DNA of 61,353 nt from Bdellovibrionota bacterium (GCA_044345055.1 JBIJBT010000003.1:1-61353); one strand, 5' to 3'; counted from the stretch's first letter, positions 1 through 8,653 are shown. Numbers and translations are program-made. Notes: generated by a model not told the origin, from the sequence alone.

Positions 1-515
1 TCTCGACACTGAACCCCTCGTACAAGAACCCTAGCAGGTTCAAGGTTTTTCCTATCCCGAACCGAAAGGCTTCGACCATCACAGTACGGGCCTAAACCAC
101 TAGTTGACTCTATCAAACAATCAATTGCGGGGAAATAGAGCCAACCCCCAACAACCTCACCTCTCCAACAACAGGCAAGCTGAACCGCAAAATCGGGGGT
201 GCCACTCAAAAATTCGCGCGTTCCATCAAGAGGATCAAGGATCCAGCTTCGCTCTGATTTTCCATCATTATTGAGAACACCCTCTTCTGATAGCACAGGC
301 TCCTCGGGAAATCTCGCCGACATCTCGCTAAAAAAGAGATCCTGAGCAGCGTGATCAGCGGCGGAGACAAGCGAGCCATCTATCTTCTGCGAAATTTCCA
401 AATCAATAGCGCCATCTCGATTCGGTCGCCATCTGAGAAGCTCAGCCCCCACCTTTCTAACAAGAGCACCAACGAACTGTGCATCTTCCGTCGACAATCT
501 CCCTGAATCCGTCAT
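1..515 (-). CDS. Inositol monophosphatase family / CysQ-like 3'(2'),5'-bisphosphate nucleotidase, runs off the left edge
   Basis: Not in the ORF track. Manual translation from ATG at 515 (GAGGAG RBS upstream) gives MTDSGRLSTEDAQ...DGSLVSAADHAAQ...VLSEEG...WILDPLDGTREF, containing the IMPase/CysQ motifs. Confidence 0.85.
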   Translation of the reverse strand, partial: MTDSGRLSTEDAQFVGALVRKVGAELLRWRPNRDGAIDLEISQKIDGSLVSAADHAAQDLFFSEMSARFPEEPVLSEEGVLNNDGKSERSWILDPLDGTREFLSGTPDFAVQLACCWRGEVVGGWLYFPAIDCLIESTSGLGPYCDGRSLSVRDRKNLEPARVLVRGVQCR

Positions 516-563
516 AAGTCGATACTCCTCATCTTTCTTATCTCGTTACCCGAATAACTCAAA

Positions 564-1376
564 TTAAACCAAATTGCTTTTGTGATCCTCACGCTCCAGC
601 AACCTAATCAATGCGTTCTTGATCAAACATTTTGTCTGAAAAAAAGAACTACCGGTTATTTCGTGTAATGAAATAAACCGCTCCTGCAAATTAAGAAATC
701 GTTCGGCGATACTTACTTGCGTGGCAGATTGTAGATCACCATCATCGTAGTCATCCTGGAGCTGAAACAACACCCCAAAGTCCCTGCCAATCCCCCTCAA
801 TAGTCCTCCAAGTAGCTCAAGATCTCCACTCCATGAAGTTCCCCCAAGCCGAAGAGCTGTCGCGAAAAGCGCACCTGTTTTTAATTCTGCAATTCTAGCC
901 GATTGCGTTGAATCTATTAACTCCTGATGCTGCCCTAAACATAGCTCTGAAAATGCCTCAGCGAGTGTAAAAATCGCGAGATTTGGCCTCGGAACATCAG
1001 CGATCAACTCAAAAGCCCACCCAATCAGCGCATCTCCCGCTAAAAGGGCCGACGCCTCACCAAAAGCAATATGGCAGCTCGGCATTCCACGTCGAACTGC
1101 ATCATTATCGAGGCAGGGCAGATCATCATGGATCAACGAGGAGATATGGATACATTCTAATGCAGCCGCTCCTGGTAGAACTTCTTTCACTTCTAACCCT
1201 AAATCCGTAGCAACAGCACAGGTAAGAAGAGGCCGAAGCCGTTTTCCGCCGGGAAAAAGAGCATATTCTATCATCGGGAACAGCGATAATCCGGCCCATC
1301 GGGCGATCATTCGCTCTTGTAAGAAACTATTGAAGCGACTTTTATTATCCGTGGAGATATTTTCTGCCTTACCCAT
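564..1376 (-). CDS. ispA: Polyprenyl diphosphate synthase (farnesyl/geranylgeranyl diphosphate synthase)
   Basis: GGKRLRP; first Asp-rich motif LIHDDLPCLDNDAVRRG; KTGALF; second motif FQLQDD. Confidence 0.9.
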   Translation of the reverse strand: MGKAENISTDNKSRFNSFLQERMIARWAGLSLFPMIEYALFPGGKRLRPLLTCAVATDLGLEVKEVLPGAAALECIHISSLIHDDLPCLDNDAVRRGMPSCHIAFGEASALLAGDALIGWAFELIADVPRPNLAIFTLAEAFSELCLGQHQELIDSTQSARIAELKTGALFATALRLGGTSWSGDLELLGGLLRGIGRDFGVLFQLQDDYDDGDLQSATQVSIAERFLNLQERFISLHEITGSSFFQTKCLIKNALIRLLEREDHKSNLV

Positions 1377-1423
1377 AGCACTACCCTAAAGATTCACGAA
1401 AAACTTATTCATTCGAGCAGCCT

Positions 1424-2767
1424 CTAAGTGCTTCCCACTTTCCAATAAGGCTTTTCAGGTAGAGCCAACGCCTTCCGAATAGAACCGATTAGATACATCG
1501 ATCCAAGCACAACGAGGGGGGGTGTCTGTGTTTTGTCCCCGATTGGCCCTTTCAATAACTGCTCAAAAAGTTCTTCTTCATCCCTTAATAGGTAAGAAGT
1601 TATTCCAAAACCCGAGAGATATTCAGATATCATCTCCGATGGAACCGCACTCTCCCCGGGTGGCGATAAGAGGTACCAGTGTCGGGTAATGGGGTAAAGA
1701 ATATCAATCATTGACCGCCAATCTTTTGTATTGAGTGACCCAAAGACGCAGTCTATTGATTGATTGAAGGTATTTTTTACGAAAGTTGCGACCTGTTTTA
1801 CTCCATCTGGGTTGTGCGCCGAGTCTAAAATCACAGTTCTTGTTTCAAAACACGATAACTGTTCAAGTCGAGCAGGCCAGGATACCTGAGAAAGTCCTTT
1901 TGCAGATAACATCGGATCAAGGCCCTCTACAATCGCTGCAACCAGGGCTAAAGCTGCATTATGGACCTGATGCGCTCCAGCTAATGGAGGTGAGAAGGGG
2001 TAAGTCTTATTATTAAAGTGTAGAGTATAGCTGCCATCTACCTCGTCATGCACCCAAAAGTCCCTGCCGAAGGCAATCACCGGAACTCCAGCAGCTTCTG
2101 CTTGCAATTCAATCACTAATCTAACACTTTCGAACACGGCTCCAACAACAACCGCTTTCATCGTTTTCTTTATGATCCCTGCTTTCTCTCTGGCTATTAA
2201 CTCGAGCTGGTTTCCGAGTAGCTCAGTATGGTCAAACGAGACCGAAGTTATAACCCCAACGGCCGGATTTGCGGCAATATTTGTTGTATCAAGCCGTCCT
2301 CCTACACCAACCTCCAGAACCCCATAATCGACCTCTTCCGATTGCCCCTCCAGAAGCGCGACAACTGTCATAGCCTCATGAAGACTGAGGACAACACCAA
2401 TTGACTCAGATGCAGCTTCAATTAGCCTCAGATGACGAGCCAAAATAGCATCCTCAATCGGAATACCATCAAGAATTACCCGCTCATTAACCCTGACGAG
2501 ATGAGGCGATATTGTTAGGACAACCTTTTTCTGATTAGCACCCAACATCGCCGCGATCGCGCAAGACACTGAGCCTTTTCCGTTTGTACCTGCTATGTGA
2601 AAAACAGGAAATGCCTCGTGCGGTCTCCCGATTAACCCCACTAGCCGACGTACCTTATCCAGCGAAAACTCTTTCGATCCGCGATTGCTGACAAATTTCT
2701 CGATGATATCAGCATCTTCGTGGATGTTACTCGCCGTCCCACCGTGGGACATACTCGGTTCTCTCAT
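1424..2767 (-). CDS. folC: Bifunctional folylpolyglutamate synthase/dihydrofolate synthase
   Basis: HIAGTNGKGS P-loop, SPHL..VNER, EVGVGGRLDTTN, DHTELLG...IAREKAGIIK, WPARLE, LDSAHNP, GSMYLIG. Exact start uncertain. Confidence 0.93.
   Translation of the reverse strand: MREPSMSHGGTASNIHEDADIIEKFVSNRGSKEFSLDKVRRLVGLIGRPHEAFPVFHIAGTNGKGSVSCAIAAMLGANQKKVVLTISPHLVRVNERVILDGIPIEDAILARHLRLIEAASESIGVVLSLHEAMTVVALLEGQSEEVDYGVLEVGVGGRLDTTNIAANPAVGVITSVSFDHTELLGNQLELIAREKAGIIKKTMKAVVVGAVFESVRLVIELQAEAAGVPVIAFGRDFWVHDEVDGSYTLHFNNKTYPFSPPLAGAHQVHNAALALVAAIVEGLDPMLSAKGLSQVSWPARLEQLSCFETRTVILDSAHNPDGVKQVATFVKNTFNQSIDCVFGSLNTKDWRSMIDILYPITRHWYLLSPPGESAVPSEMISEYLSGFGITSYLLRDEEELFEQLLKGPIGDKTQTPPLVVLGSMYLIGSIRKALALPEKPYWKVGST
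2735..2751. promoter_or_regulatory. parS-like palindrome, copy 1 (CGTCCCAC-C-GTGGGACA)
   Basis: Perfect 7-1-7 palindrome GTCCCAC-C-GTGGGAC. The identical 17-mer recurs at 2854-2870, next to parB. Confidence 0.7.
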
Positions 2768-2853
2768 AGTTTATCTCACAGCACGATACTTTTTTATTAC
2801 AACAATTAGACGGCTATCTTCAGAGCAACAACCTAGGTGAGGGAGGCTCTAAT

Positions 2854-2870
2854 CGTCCCACCGTGGGACA
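2854..2870. promoter_or_regulatory. parS-like palindrome, copy 2 (CGTCCCAC-C-GTGGGACA)
   Basis: Identical to 2735-2751 and about 20 bp downstream of the parB stop. Enclosed by an outer inverted repeat GAGGGAGG (2839-2846) / CCTCCCTC (2871-2878). Confidence 0.7.
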
Positions 2871-2889
2871 CCTCCCTCTGAAACAACAA

Positions 2890-3813
2890 TCAGCCCTCCG
2901 CTACTAGCTTACGAAAAATCTCCTGCAGATCGTCTTCCGAATAGAACTCGAGAACTAATCGTCCTCGGTTGCTATTCCTAGACTCTCGTTGCAGCCGAAC
3001 TCGAACCCCAACAGCCCTTTGAATTTCATCAGCGATCCGCTGATCCTCAGGATCCATCGGATCATCTTTTTCAGAATCAGTTCTCTCCTGTTGAGTTCGA
3101 ATCGTCCGCTGAGATCTTCCTTTTAAATGAGCCTCGATATCGCTTCGGGTAATTTCCTCAATTTCCCGCAGATACGTTGCACGGAGATCTTCATCATCGA
3201 TCTTTGCCAAAAGAAGGATCTTTGATTCAGATGCCCCACCTTGTAGTGCGACTATTAAATCAGGAGGAAGAAGCAACAATTCGAGACTTCGATGGACAAG
3301 GCTCTTGGAAACCCCCAACTTTTCAGCGATATCTCGAATCGATAATGAAAAAGAATCTCTCAACATGCCCATCGCCTGAGCCCGCTCCAGGGGCGACAAA
3401 TCCGCACGTTGAAGATTCTCTACCAACTGAATCGCTAAGGTCTTCTCCTTATCTCCTTCAAGGCTCCGGTCGATTATTGCCGGAACAGAGGCCAAACCAG
3501 CCTGTGTCGCGGCTCGCAACCGCCTCTCACCCGCTACAACAAGAAAGCGGCCTACTATCTTACTCGGGCGGACCAATAGCGGACTCAGCACTCCATATCG
3601 ACTAATCGATTGGGTTAACTCATCTAATTGATCCTCATCAAAGACACTTCTGGGCTGATTCGGATCGGGATCGATGAAGTTTATTGGAATCTCTCGAAAG
3701 GGACCCACCGAAATAGATGGTGGTTGAGGTGCATCCGTCTGCTCATTTCGCTCTCGCAGTGCCGGACCACTCAAAAGAGGGTTATTTGCCAGAATTAACT
3801 TACGCTTACTCAT
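2890..3813 (-). CDS. parB: ParB/Spo0J family partition protein
   Basis: PDPNQPR box I, AGERRLRA CTP-binding box II, LVENLQRADL, HTH (LSIRDIAEKLGVSKSLVHRSL), C-terminal GRLVLEFYSEDDL dimerisation domain. Overlaps the parA stop. Confidence 0.95.
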   Translation of the reverse strand: MSKRKLILANNPLLSGPALRERNEQTDAPQPPSISVGPFREIPINFIDPDPNQPRSVFDEDQLDELTQSISRYGVLSPLLVRPSKIVGRFLVVAGERRLRAATQAGLASVPAIIDRSLEGDKEKTLAIQLVENLQRADLSPLERAQAMGMLRDSFSLSIRDIAEKLGVSKSLVHRSLELLLLPPDLIVALQGGASESKILLLAKIDDEDLRATYLREIEEITRSDIEAHLKGRSQRTIRTQQERTDSEKDDPMDPEDQRIADEIQRAVGVRVRLQRESRNSNRGRLVLEFYSEDDLQEIFRKLVAEG

Positions 3814-4600
3814 TCATCACCTCCGCTGCTAATGATTGATAATCCTCTGCTCCCGAGGATTTTTCAGCATATTCGAAGATTGTCTTACCCTGAGCGGGAG
3901 CTTCTGCTAGAGCAACATTCGTTCGAATGACTGTCTTGAAGACAAGATCCCCGAAATAGGAGTGAATAGTCTCTGCAACAGCCCGAGCTAAACGCCTCCT
4001 TGAGTCGTGTAAGCAGATAAGAACTCCTCCAACAACTAGCTCAGGATTGTAGATCGCCCTTACCTGATCGATCGTATCGAGGAGCTGACGCACTCCATGA
4101 AGAGCCAAATACTCGCTCTGAACTGGCACTATAACTTTCTGAACCGCTGCCAGAGCATTAAGCGACAAAAGCCCCAATGCAGGAGGACAGTCGACCACGA
4201 TGACGTCATATTCATCGGAAACCTTCGAGAGTGCCCTCTTAAGAAGCAATTCTCGACCGACAACCCCTCCTAACTCGAGATCCGCCGCACTCAAAAGAAG
4301 ACTTGAAGGTATAACATCAAGATTTTGCGAACGCTTTAACGCAACTTCTCCTACCGTCTTCGATCCTTTAAGGACATCGTAGCTTGTAAATGCCGGAATC
4401 AATCGATCTTCCGAGCTCTCGACCGTCTCCTCTTCATCTCCTGTAGCGATACCAAGATGCGTCGAGGCATTTGCCTGTGCATCAATATCAATTAGCAATA
4501 CTCGCTTACCCCGTACCGCGAGAGCTGCTCCTAAATTAACGCTTGTCGTCGTTTTACCGACGCCCCCCTTTTGATTTACCACTCCGAGTACTAATGCCAT
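3806..4600 (-). CDS. parA: ParA/Soj family ATPase
   Basis: NQKGGVGKTTT deviant Walker A, LLIDIDAQANAS, IVVDCPPALG, PVQSEYLALHG, IRTNVALAEAP. Confidence 0.95.
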   Translation of the reverse strand: MALVLGVVNQKGGVGKTTTSVNLGAALAVRGKRVLLIDIDAQANASTHLGIATGDEEETVESSEDRLIPAFTSYDVLKGSKTVGEVALKRSQNLDVIPSSLLLSAADLELGGVVGRELLLKRALSKVSDEYDVIVVDCPPALGLLSLNALAAVQKVIVPVQSEYLALHGVRQLLDTIDQVRAIYNPELVVGGVLICLHDSRRRLARAVAETIHSYFGDLVFKTVIRTNVALAEAPAQGKTIFEYAEKSSGAEDYQSLAAEVMNE

Positions 4601-4815
4601 ACCAGTTACCGTGCTTTGAAATAATAGAAAGTCGACAGATTAATGGAGAAGGGGAGCGTAGCTGTTTGAGGTCCGTAGCAATAACCTTTCAGAAATCAAT
4701 AAAAGCTCCAGAACTACAACCAGCTATTTCCCACTAATTCCCCACATCATGTCTGCATAATGCGACGCTCTTTATACGACTTTTCGTCGAAGCACGATAC
4801 CCTTATCGCCGCTTG

Positions 4816-4909
4816 TTATTTCAATTCCCGTCATCCACCGTGAAACGATATAAATTAAGCTGAAGATTAAACGGAGAGCAGAAATTAATTTGATTATTTC
4901 AATACCCGT
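4816..4909 (-). repeat. Two inverted iteron-like copies (TTATTTCAATWCCCGT at 4816-4831 and 4894-4909)
   Basis: The two 16-mers differ at one base. 4819-4830 is the exact reverse complement of CGGGAATTGAAA at 5015-5026. Confidence 0.65.
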
Positions 4910-4923
4910 GCAGTTGAAAATAG

Positions 4924-5047
4924 TTCGTGATTTGAACGTAATTTCTTTCGTGACCTGAATTAATTAACATCGGGCAACGAAAAAAATACGCCCGTGAACT
5001 CTCATAAATACTATCGGGAATTGAAAGATTTTTTATCGTGATCTTAG
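4924..5047 (+). repeat. Phased array of six degenerate iteron-like motifs (consensus about YCGKGAnnYGAA) with AT-rich spacers; putative replication origin
   Basis: CG(T/G)G cores start at 4926, 4949, 4971, 4993, 5015 and 5037 (spacings 23, 22, 22, 22, 22), directly upstream of the Rep gene. Confidence 0.75.
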
Positions 5048-5179
5048 ATAAAAATATCCTTCTAACATATTGGTTTCATTAGCTTTATTGCTCGCTCACA
5101 ACATAAATAAGTGAATAAAAATCTAATTGTTTAACTTACTAAAAGTCAGTACTCTCACCACATCACCGCCTCTCTTCAT

Positions 5180-6472
5180 GTGAGCACCATGAGCGAAATT
5201 CCCAGAAAAATAATCTCCCGCGACGAAATGAATTTGGCAGAGTTTCCTCTGACGGTTCTCTCTACCCGCGCGAATCCTAATTTAAAAACTCTTGAATTCA
5301 GCGATTCAATCAGAACAAAAAATGGCGATCTCGTTGAGCGAAAATGGCTCATAACGGGAGCGGATAAATTCGGTCTTCCTACATCATCGGACGACGAGGT
5401 ACTGCTCGGGCTCTTGAAACTTACAGTTGACGATGGCATCACAAGAAGAAAAGTTCATTTCACACGGTATGAACTTCTTAGAACTCTACGCTGGAGTACC
5501 GAGGGACGGAGCTACACCCGACTACAAAAAGCTCTGGATAGGCTTGCAGGTCTCAGAATCAAAGCAACAAATGCATTTTTTGATAACGATGCAAAAAGTC
5601 ACAGCACGAAGGTATTTGGATTAATCGATGCTTACGAAATAAACACATCCCGAGATACGGATCTGAAATCGAGCTATTTCACCTGGAGCGAAACCATTTT
5701 TAAATCCTTTCAGGTAGGCTTTATAAAAAAGCTTGATCTCGATTTTTACCTCTCCCTGAACTCGGCAGTATCAAAGCGACTATACAGATTCCTCGATAAG
5801 CATTTCTGGTATCGGTCCTGCGTTGATATAAACCTTTTCACCCTCTCTCATGAAAAACTAGGAATTTCTCGAAACTATAAATTCGCAAGCTCACTCCGAC
5901 AGCAGTTGGATCCAGCACTCAAGGAACTTTGCGAACATGGCTTTTTAGAAACATTTTCATTCTCAGGAAAAGGCTCAGAAACGCGATTAAGCATGATCGC
6001 AAAGCGTGGAGTACGATCAGTTGCAAAACAGGACGAGAAGCTCCCGAAACCCGCCTCAATCCCAGGAAGTACTTCGCTAGTGCAAGAGATAATGGGACAA
6101 CTTGTCACACGGGGCATTAAAGAGCGTCAAGTAATAAAGCTCCTTGCGGGACAAACTGAGGATTCGCTCCGGCATATTCAGAGAATCATCGCTTATTTCG
6201 ACGCTCTCGTTGAAACAGGTAGCCACCTCGTCAATAAAAGTCCTGTTGGATTTCTCTACCGCGCGATCGAAAATCACAAAACATTTACCGTGCCAAAACG
6301 AATTCCTCAAGCAGCCCGAGCGGTAAACGTCTCTCGTAGGACTCGACTTGATATTGAGAAAGAGATCGAAGCATCCCTTTCAAAGATTCGCCCCCATCTT
6401 TCGGCGAACAATTATCAAAAAGTTCTCGACCACGCAGTGAATGAGAGAATGCAAAAAGAGGGAATTGTTTAA
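5180..6472 (+). CDS. repA: Plasmid-type replication initiator protein A (RepA/RPA-like)
   Basis: N-terminal RDEMNLAEFPL..LS motif; GLPT..D.EVLLGLL, FTRYELLR.L.W...GRSY.RL..AL.RL, LD..FY.SL.S..SKRLYRFLDKHF resemble replication initiator A proteins as I recall the family. Divergent from parAB. Start GTG 5180 or ATG 5189. Confidence 0.8.
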   Translation: MSTMSEIPRKIISRDEMNLAEFPLTVLSTRANPNLKTLEFSDSIRTKNGDLVERKWLITGADKFGLPTSSDDEVLLGLLKLTVDDGITRRKVHFTRYELLRTLRWSTEGRSYTRLQKALDRLAGLRIKATNAFFDNDAKSHSTKVFGLIDAYEINTSRDTDLKSSYFTWSETIFKSFQVGFIKKLDLDFYLSLNSAVSKRLYRFLDKHFWYRSCVDINLFTLSHEKLGISRNYKFASSLRQQLDPALKELCEHGFLETFSFSGKGSETRLSMIAKRGVRSVAKQDEKLPKPASIPGSTSLVQEIMGQLVTRGIKERQVIKLLAGQTEDSLRHIQRIIAYFDALVETGSHLVNKSPVGFLYRAIENHKTFTVPKRIPQAARAVNVSRRTRLDIEKEIEASLSKIRPHLSANNYQKVLDHAVNERMQKEGIV

Positions 6473-6486
6473 AGCAACTCAATTAT

Positions 6487-6501
6487 TGGCGCGCTGCTTG
6501 C
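6487..6501 (+). promoter_or_regulatory. Sigma54 (-24/-12) promoter for the lytic transglycosylase gene
   Basis: TGGCGCGCTGCTTGC(T): GG-N10-GC with TTGC, intergenic, about 105 nt before the ATG. Confidence 0.65.
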
Positions 6502-6607
6502 TTCCATTGAGACTCCGCAGTGCCCAATTAGAAATAGACGTAAAAATAGAACATCGATTCATGGGCTCTGTGGTTTCCAACCAGCTACCTTTGGTACTCG
6601 GAGGCCC

Positions 6608-7561
6608 ATGAAGATAGACTTCCTTGGCAGCTTTAAAACAATTCAGCGAAGCTTGCACCAGGAATCCTCGAACGAAAAAGTTGCTGTAAGCAATGGGAAG
6701 ACCCCCTTTGCTAGGCTAATCGACGAGCAAATTAAACCGAAACAGATCGATCAGAAACCAAAACTAACGGTTAAAACTCGACCTAAAACAGTCCCATCCT
6801 TACCTACGGAAGCTGAAATTTCGGATGTAATGGCGCAAATATCCTCAAGACTCATAACCCCAAAGTTGAACCCTCCTCAACTATCCAATAGCCGTTTAGA
6901 GCCGGTAAATCCAGAGGATGTCAATAAACCATTACCAGCTCTTACTCCACCAACGATAGTGTCAATAAAACGTCATGACTCTGCGGATGTATTTGATCGA
7001 TTACCCCGAGATGAGCGGGTTGCCGCAGTCAGTAACCTAATCGGTCGCGCGAATGAGCTTCATGGAACCGATCTTCCTGTTCCGCTCGGATTGGCAGTTG
7101 TATCAACTGAATCTTCATTTCGTGCCAAAAGTATCAGTCGTGATGGACATGCAACCAAGGGACTTTTCCAATTTCTAGATTCCACGGGGAGGGAAATTCT
7201 TTCCCGCTCTGATTCATCTTCTGATTATAGCCCTCTTAATCCTGAGCAGAATGTGAGTCTCGGTGTTCGGTATCTGACGCACCTTCAGGATATTTTTTCC
7301 CGTCCGACAAAGCTTGCTAATGGCGTTGAAACAATACCTGCAACAACGACCCTTTCGAATAAAAAAATAGCACTTGCTGCATTTAATGCAGGCGAGGGAA
7401 GACTTGCATCGGCGCAGGCGCGAGCTCTTCGAGAGCAGCTAAATCCAGGCGATTACGACGACGTAAAATTATTTATACCTGCAAGCACGAGAAGATACGT
7501 TGAAAGTGTTCTCAAACAAGAGCAGGAATTTCAGCTTGCAACCAGTAGTAGAGAAGAGTAA
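6608..7561 (+). CDS. Lytic transglycosylase (SLT domain) with a long Pro/Lys-rich N-terminal region
   Basis: AVVSTESSF (catalytic Glu), KGLFQF, NPEQNVSLGVRYL, ALAAFNAGEG, TRRYVESV. Confidence 0.85.
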   Translation: MKIDFLGSFKTIQRSLHQESSNEKVAVSNGKTPFARLIDEQIKPKQIDQKPKLTVKTRPKTVPSLPTEAEISDVMAQISSRLITPKLNPPQLSNSRLEPVNPEDVNKPLPALTPPTIVSIKRHDSADVFDRLPRDERVAAVSNLIGRANELHGTDLPVPLGLAVVSTESSFRAKSISRDGHATKGLFQFLDSTGREILSRSDSSSDYSPLNPEQNVSLGVRYLTHLQDIFSRPTKLANGVETIPATTTLSNKKIALAAFNAGEGRLASAQARALREQLNPGDYDDVKLFIPASTRRYVESVLKQEQEFQLATSSREE

Positions 7562-7594
7562 CGACCACTGCTGTCTGTTCACTAATTCTACAGA

Positions 7595-7609
7595 TGGCAA
7601 CGTTCTTGC
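7595..7609 (+). promoter_or_regulatory. Sigma54 (-24/-12) promoter for flagellin
   Basis: TGGCAACGTTCTTGC(T) with correct GG-N10-GC spacing, about 125 nt before the flagellin ATG. Confidence 0.7.
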
Positions 7610-7625
7610 TTATCTCTTAACAGCC

Positions 7626-7639
7626 GGCAAAGGATTGCC
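7626..7639 (+). promoter_or_regulatory. CsrA/RsmA-type GGA hairpin in the flagellin leader
   Basis: GGCAA-AGGA-TTGCC perfect 5-bp stem with GGA in the loop. A further ACGGA (7722-7726) sits next to the AGGAG RBS. Confidence 0.55.
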
Positions 7640-7735
7640 ACTTAGCCCAGCACGAATGCTTTGGTATTAAAATGCACCCATTTGATCGGTGACCTTGTGA
7701 AACGCGACAGCGCCGTCTTACACGGATAGGAGACC

Positions 7736-8602
7736 ATGTCCATAAATATAGCGACCAACGTTTCGTCCATTCGCGCTCAAAGAAATCTTACATCGGTTTC
7801 TGAGCGTCTTGGTAAATCTTATGAAAGACTCTCATCTGGGTTTCGCATCAACGGCGCAGCTGATGATGCTGCTGGGTTATCGATAGCGGAAACTCTTAAA
7901 GCAGATGCTCGCGTAGCTGTCGTCGGTATACGAAATGCCAGCGACGGAATATCGCTCGTAACCATCGCCGATCAAACTATAAATGAGATTACGAACGTGC
8001 TTGGGCGATTAGCTGAATTGGCTCAGCAGTCGGCGAACGGAATCTACAGCAATGAGCAACGCTCCGCTCTCTCGGGTGAATTTGTCGCTCTATCAAGCGA
8101 AATTGAGCGTATCGCCCTTACGACTGAATATAATGGTCAGCGATTACTTAGTGGGTCGGAGGCGATTACTTTTCAGGTAGGTTTTGATGGAAGTTCTCTC
8201 TCGACCGTAACATACTCGGGTGTCGCTGCTACGTTACAGGCTTTAGGACTTGCACAGGCAGGATCCTCAATACAGACGTATTCGATTATCGATGGTTTGG
8301 GATCTGCGGCTTCAGCATCAGCTTCTCGGTTGGCCCTCGATGCTGTAAACAATGCGATCGGCTCTCTTTCGCGGAATAGAGCCACCTTGGGTGTTGCCGA
8401 ATCTCGATTAACCGCAACGATTAATAACCTAAGAGCCGCTCGGGAAAACTTCCTCGCAACAGAGAGCCGAATCCGAGATGTCGATGTTGCTTCAGAAGCA
8501 GCAGAGCTATCCCGCGTAAGCATTCTCCAGCAGGCCGGCACTGCAATGCTAGCTCAGGCGAACCAGCAGCCACAGCTTGCCCTTCAGCTCCTACAGGGAT
8601 AA
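7736..8602 (+). CDS. fliC: Flagellin
   Basis: INIATNVSS...ERLSSGFRINGAADDAAGL N-terminus; ENFLATESRIRDVDVA...ILQQAGTAMLAQANQQPQLALQLL C-terminus. Confidence 0.96.
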   Translation: MSINIATNVSSIRAQRNLTSVSERLGKSYERLSSGFRINGAADDAAGLSIAETLKADARVAVVGIRNASDGISLVTIADQTINEITNVLGRLAELAQQSANGIYSNEQRSALSGEFVALSSEIERIALTTEYNGQRLLSGSEAITFQVGFDGSSLSTVTYSGVAATLQALGLAQAGSSIQTYSIIDGLGSAASASASRLALDAVNNAIGSLSRNRATLGVAESRLTATINNLRAARENFLATESRIRDVDVASEAAELSRVSILQQAGTAMLAQANQQPQLALQLLQG

Positions 8603-8653
8603 TTTAGAGTGAATGATACCCTTGGGCTATTTACTCTCGGTGACGGGTAAGTT

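Noticed and set aside
4601-5179. Classical DnaA-dependent oriC
   Set aside because: No perfect TTATCCACA boxes or box cluster were found, only 1-2 mismatch look-alikes, and dnaA/dnaN are absent. The repeats fit iterons better.
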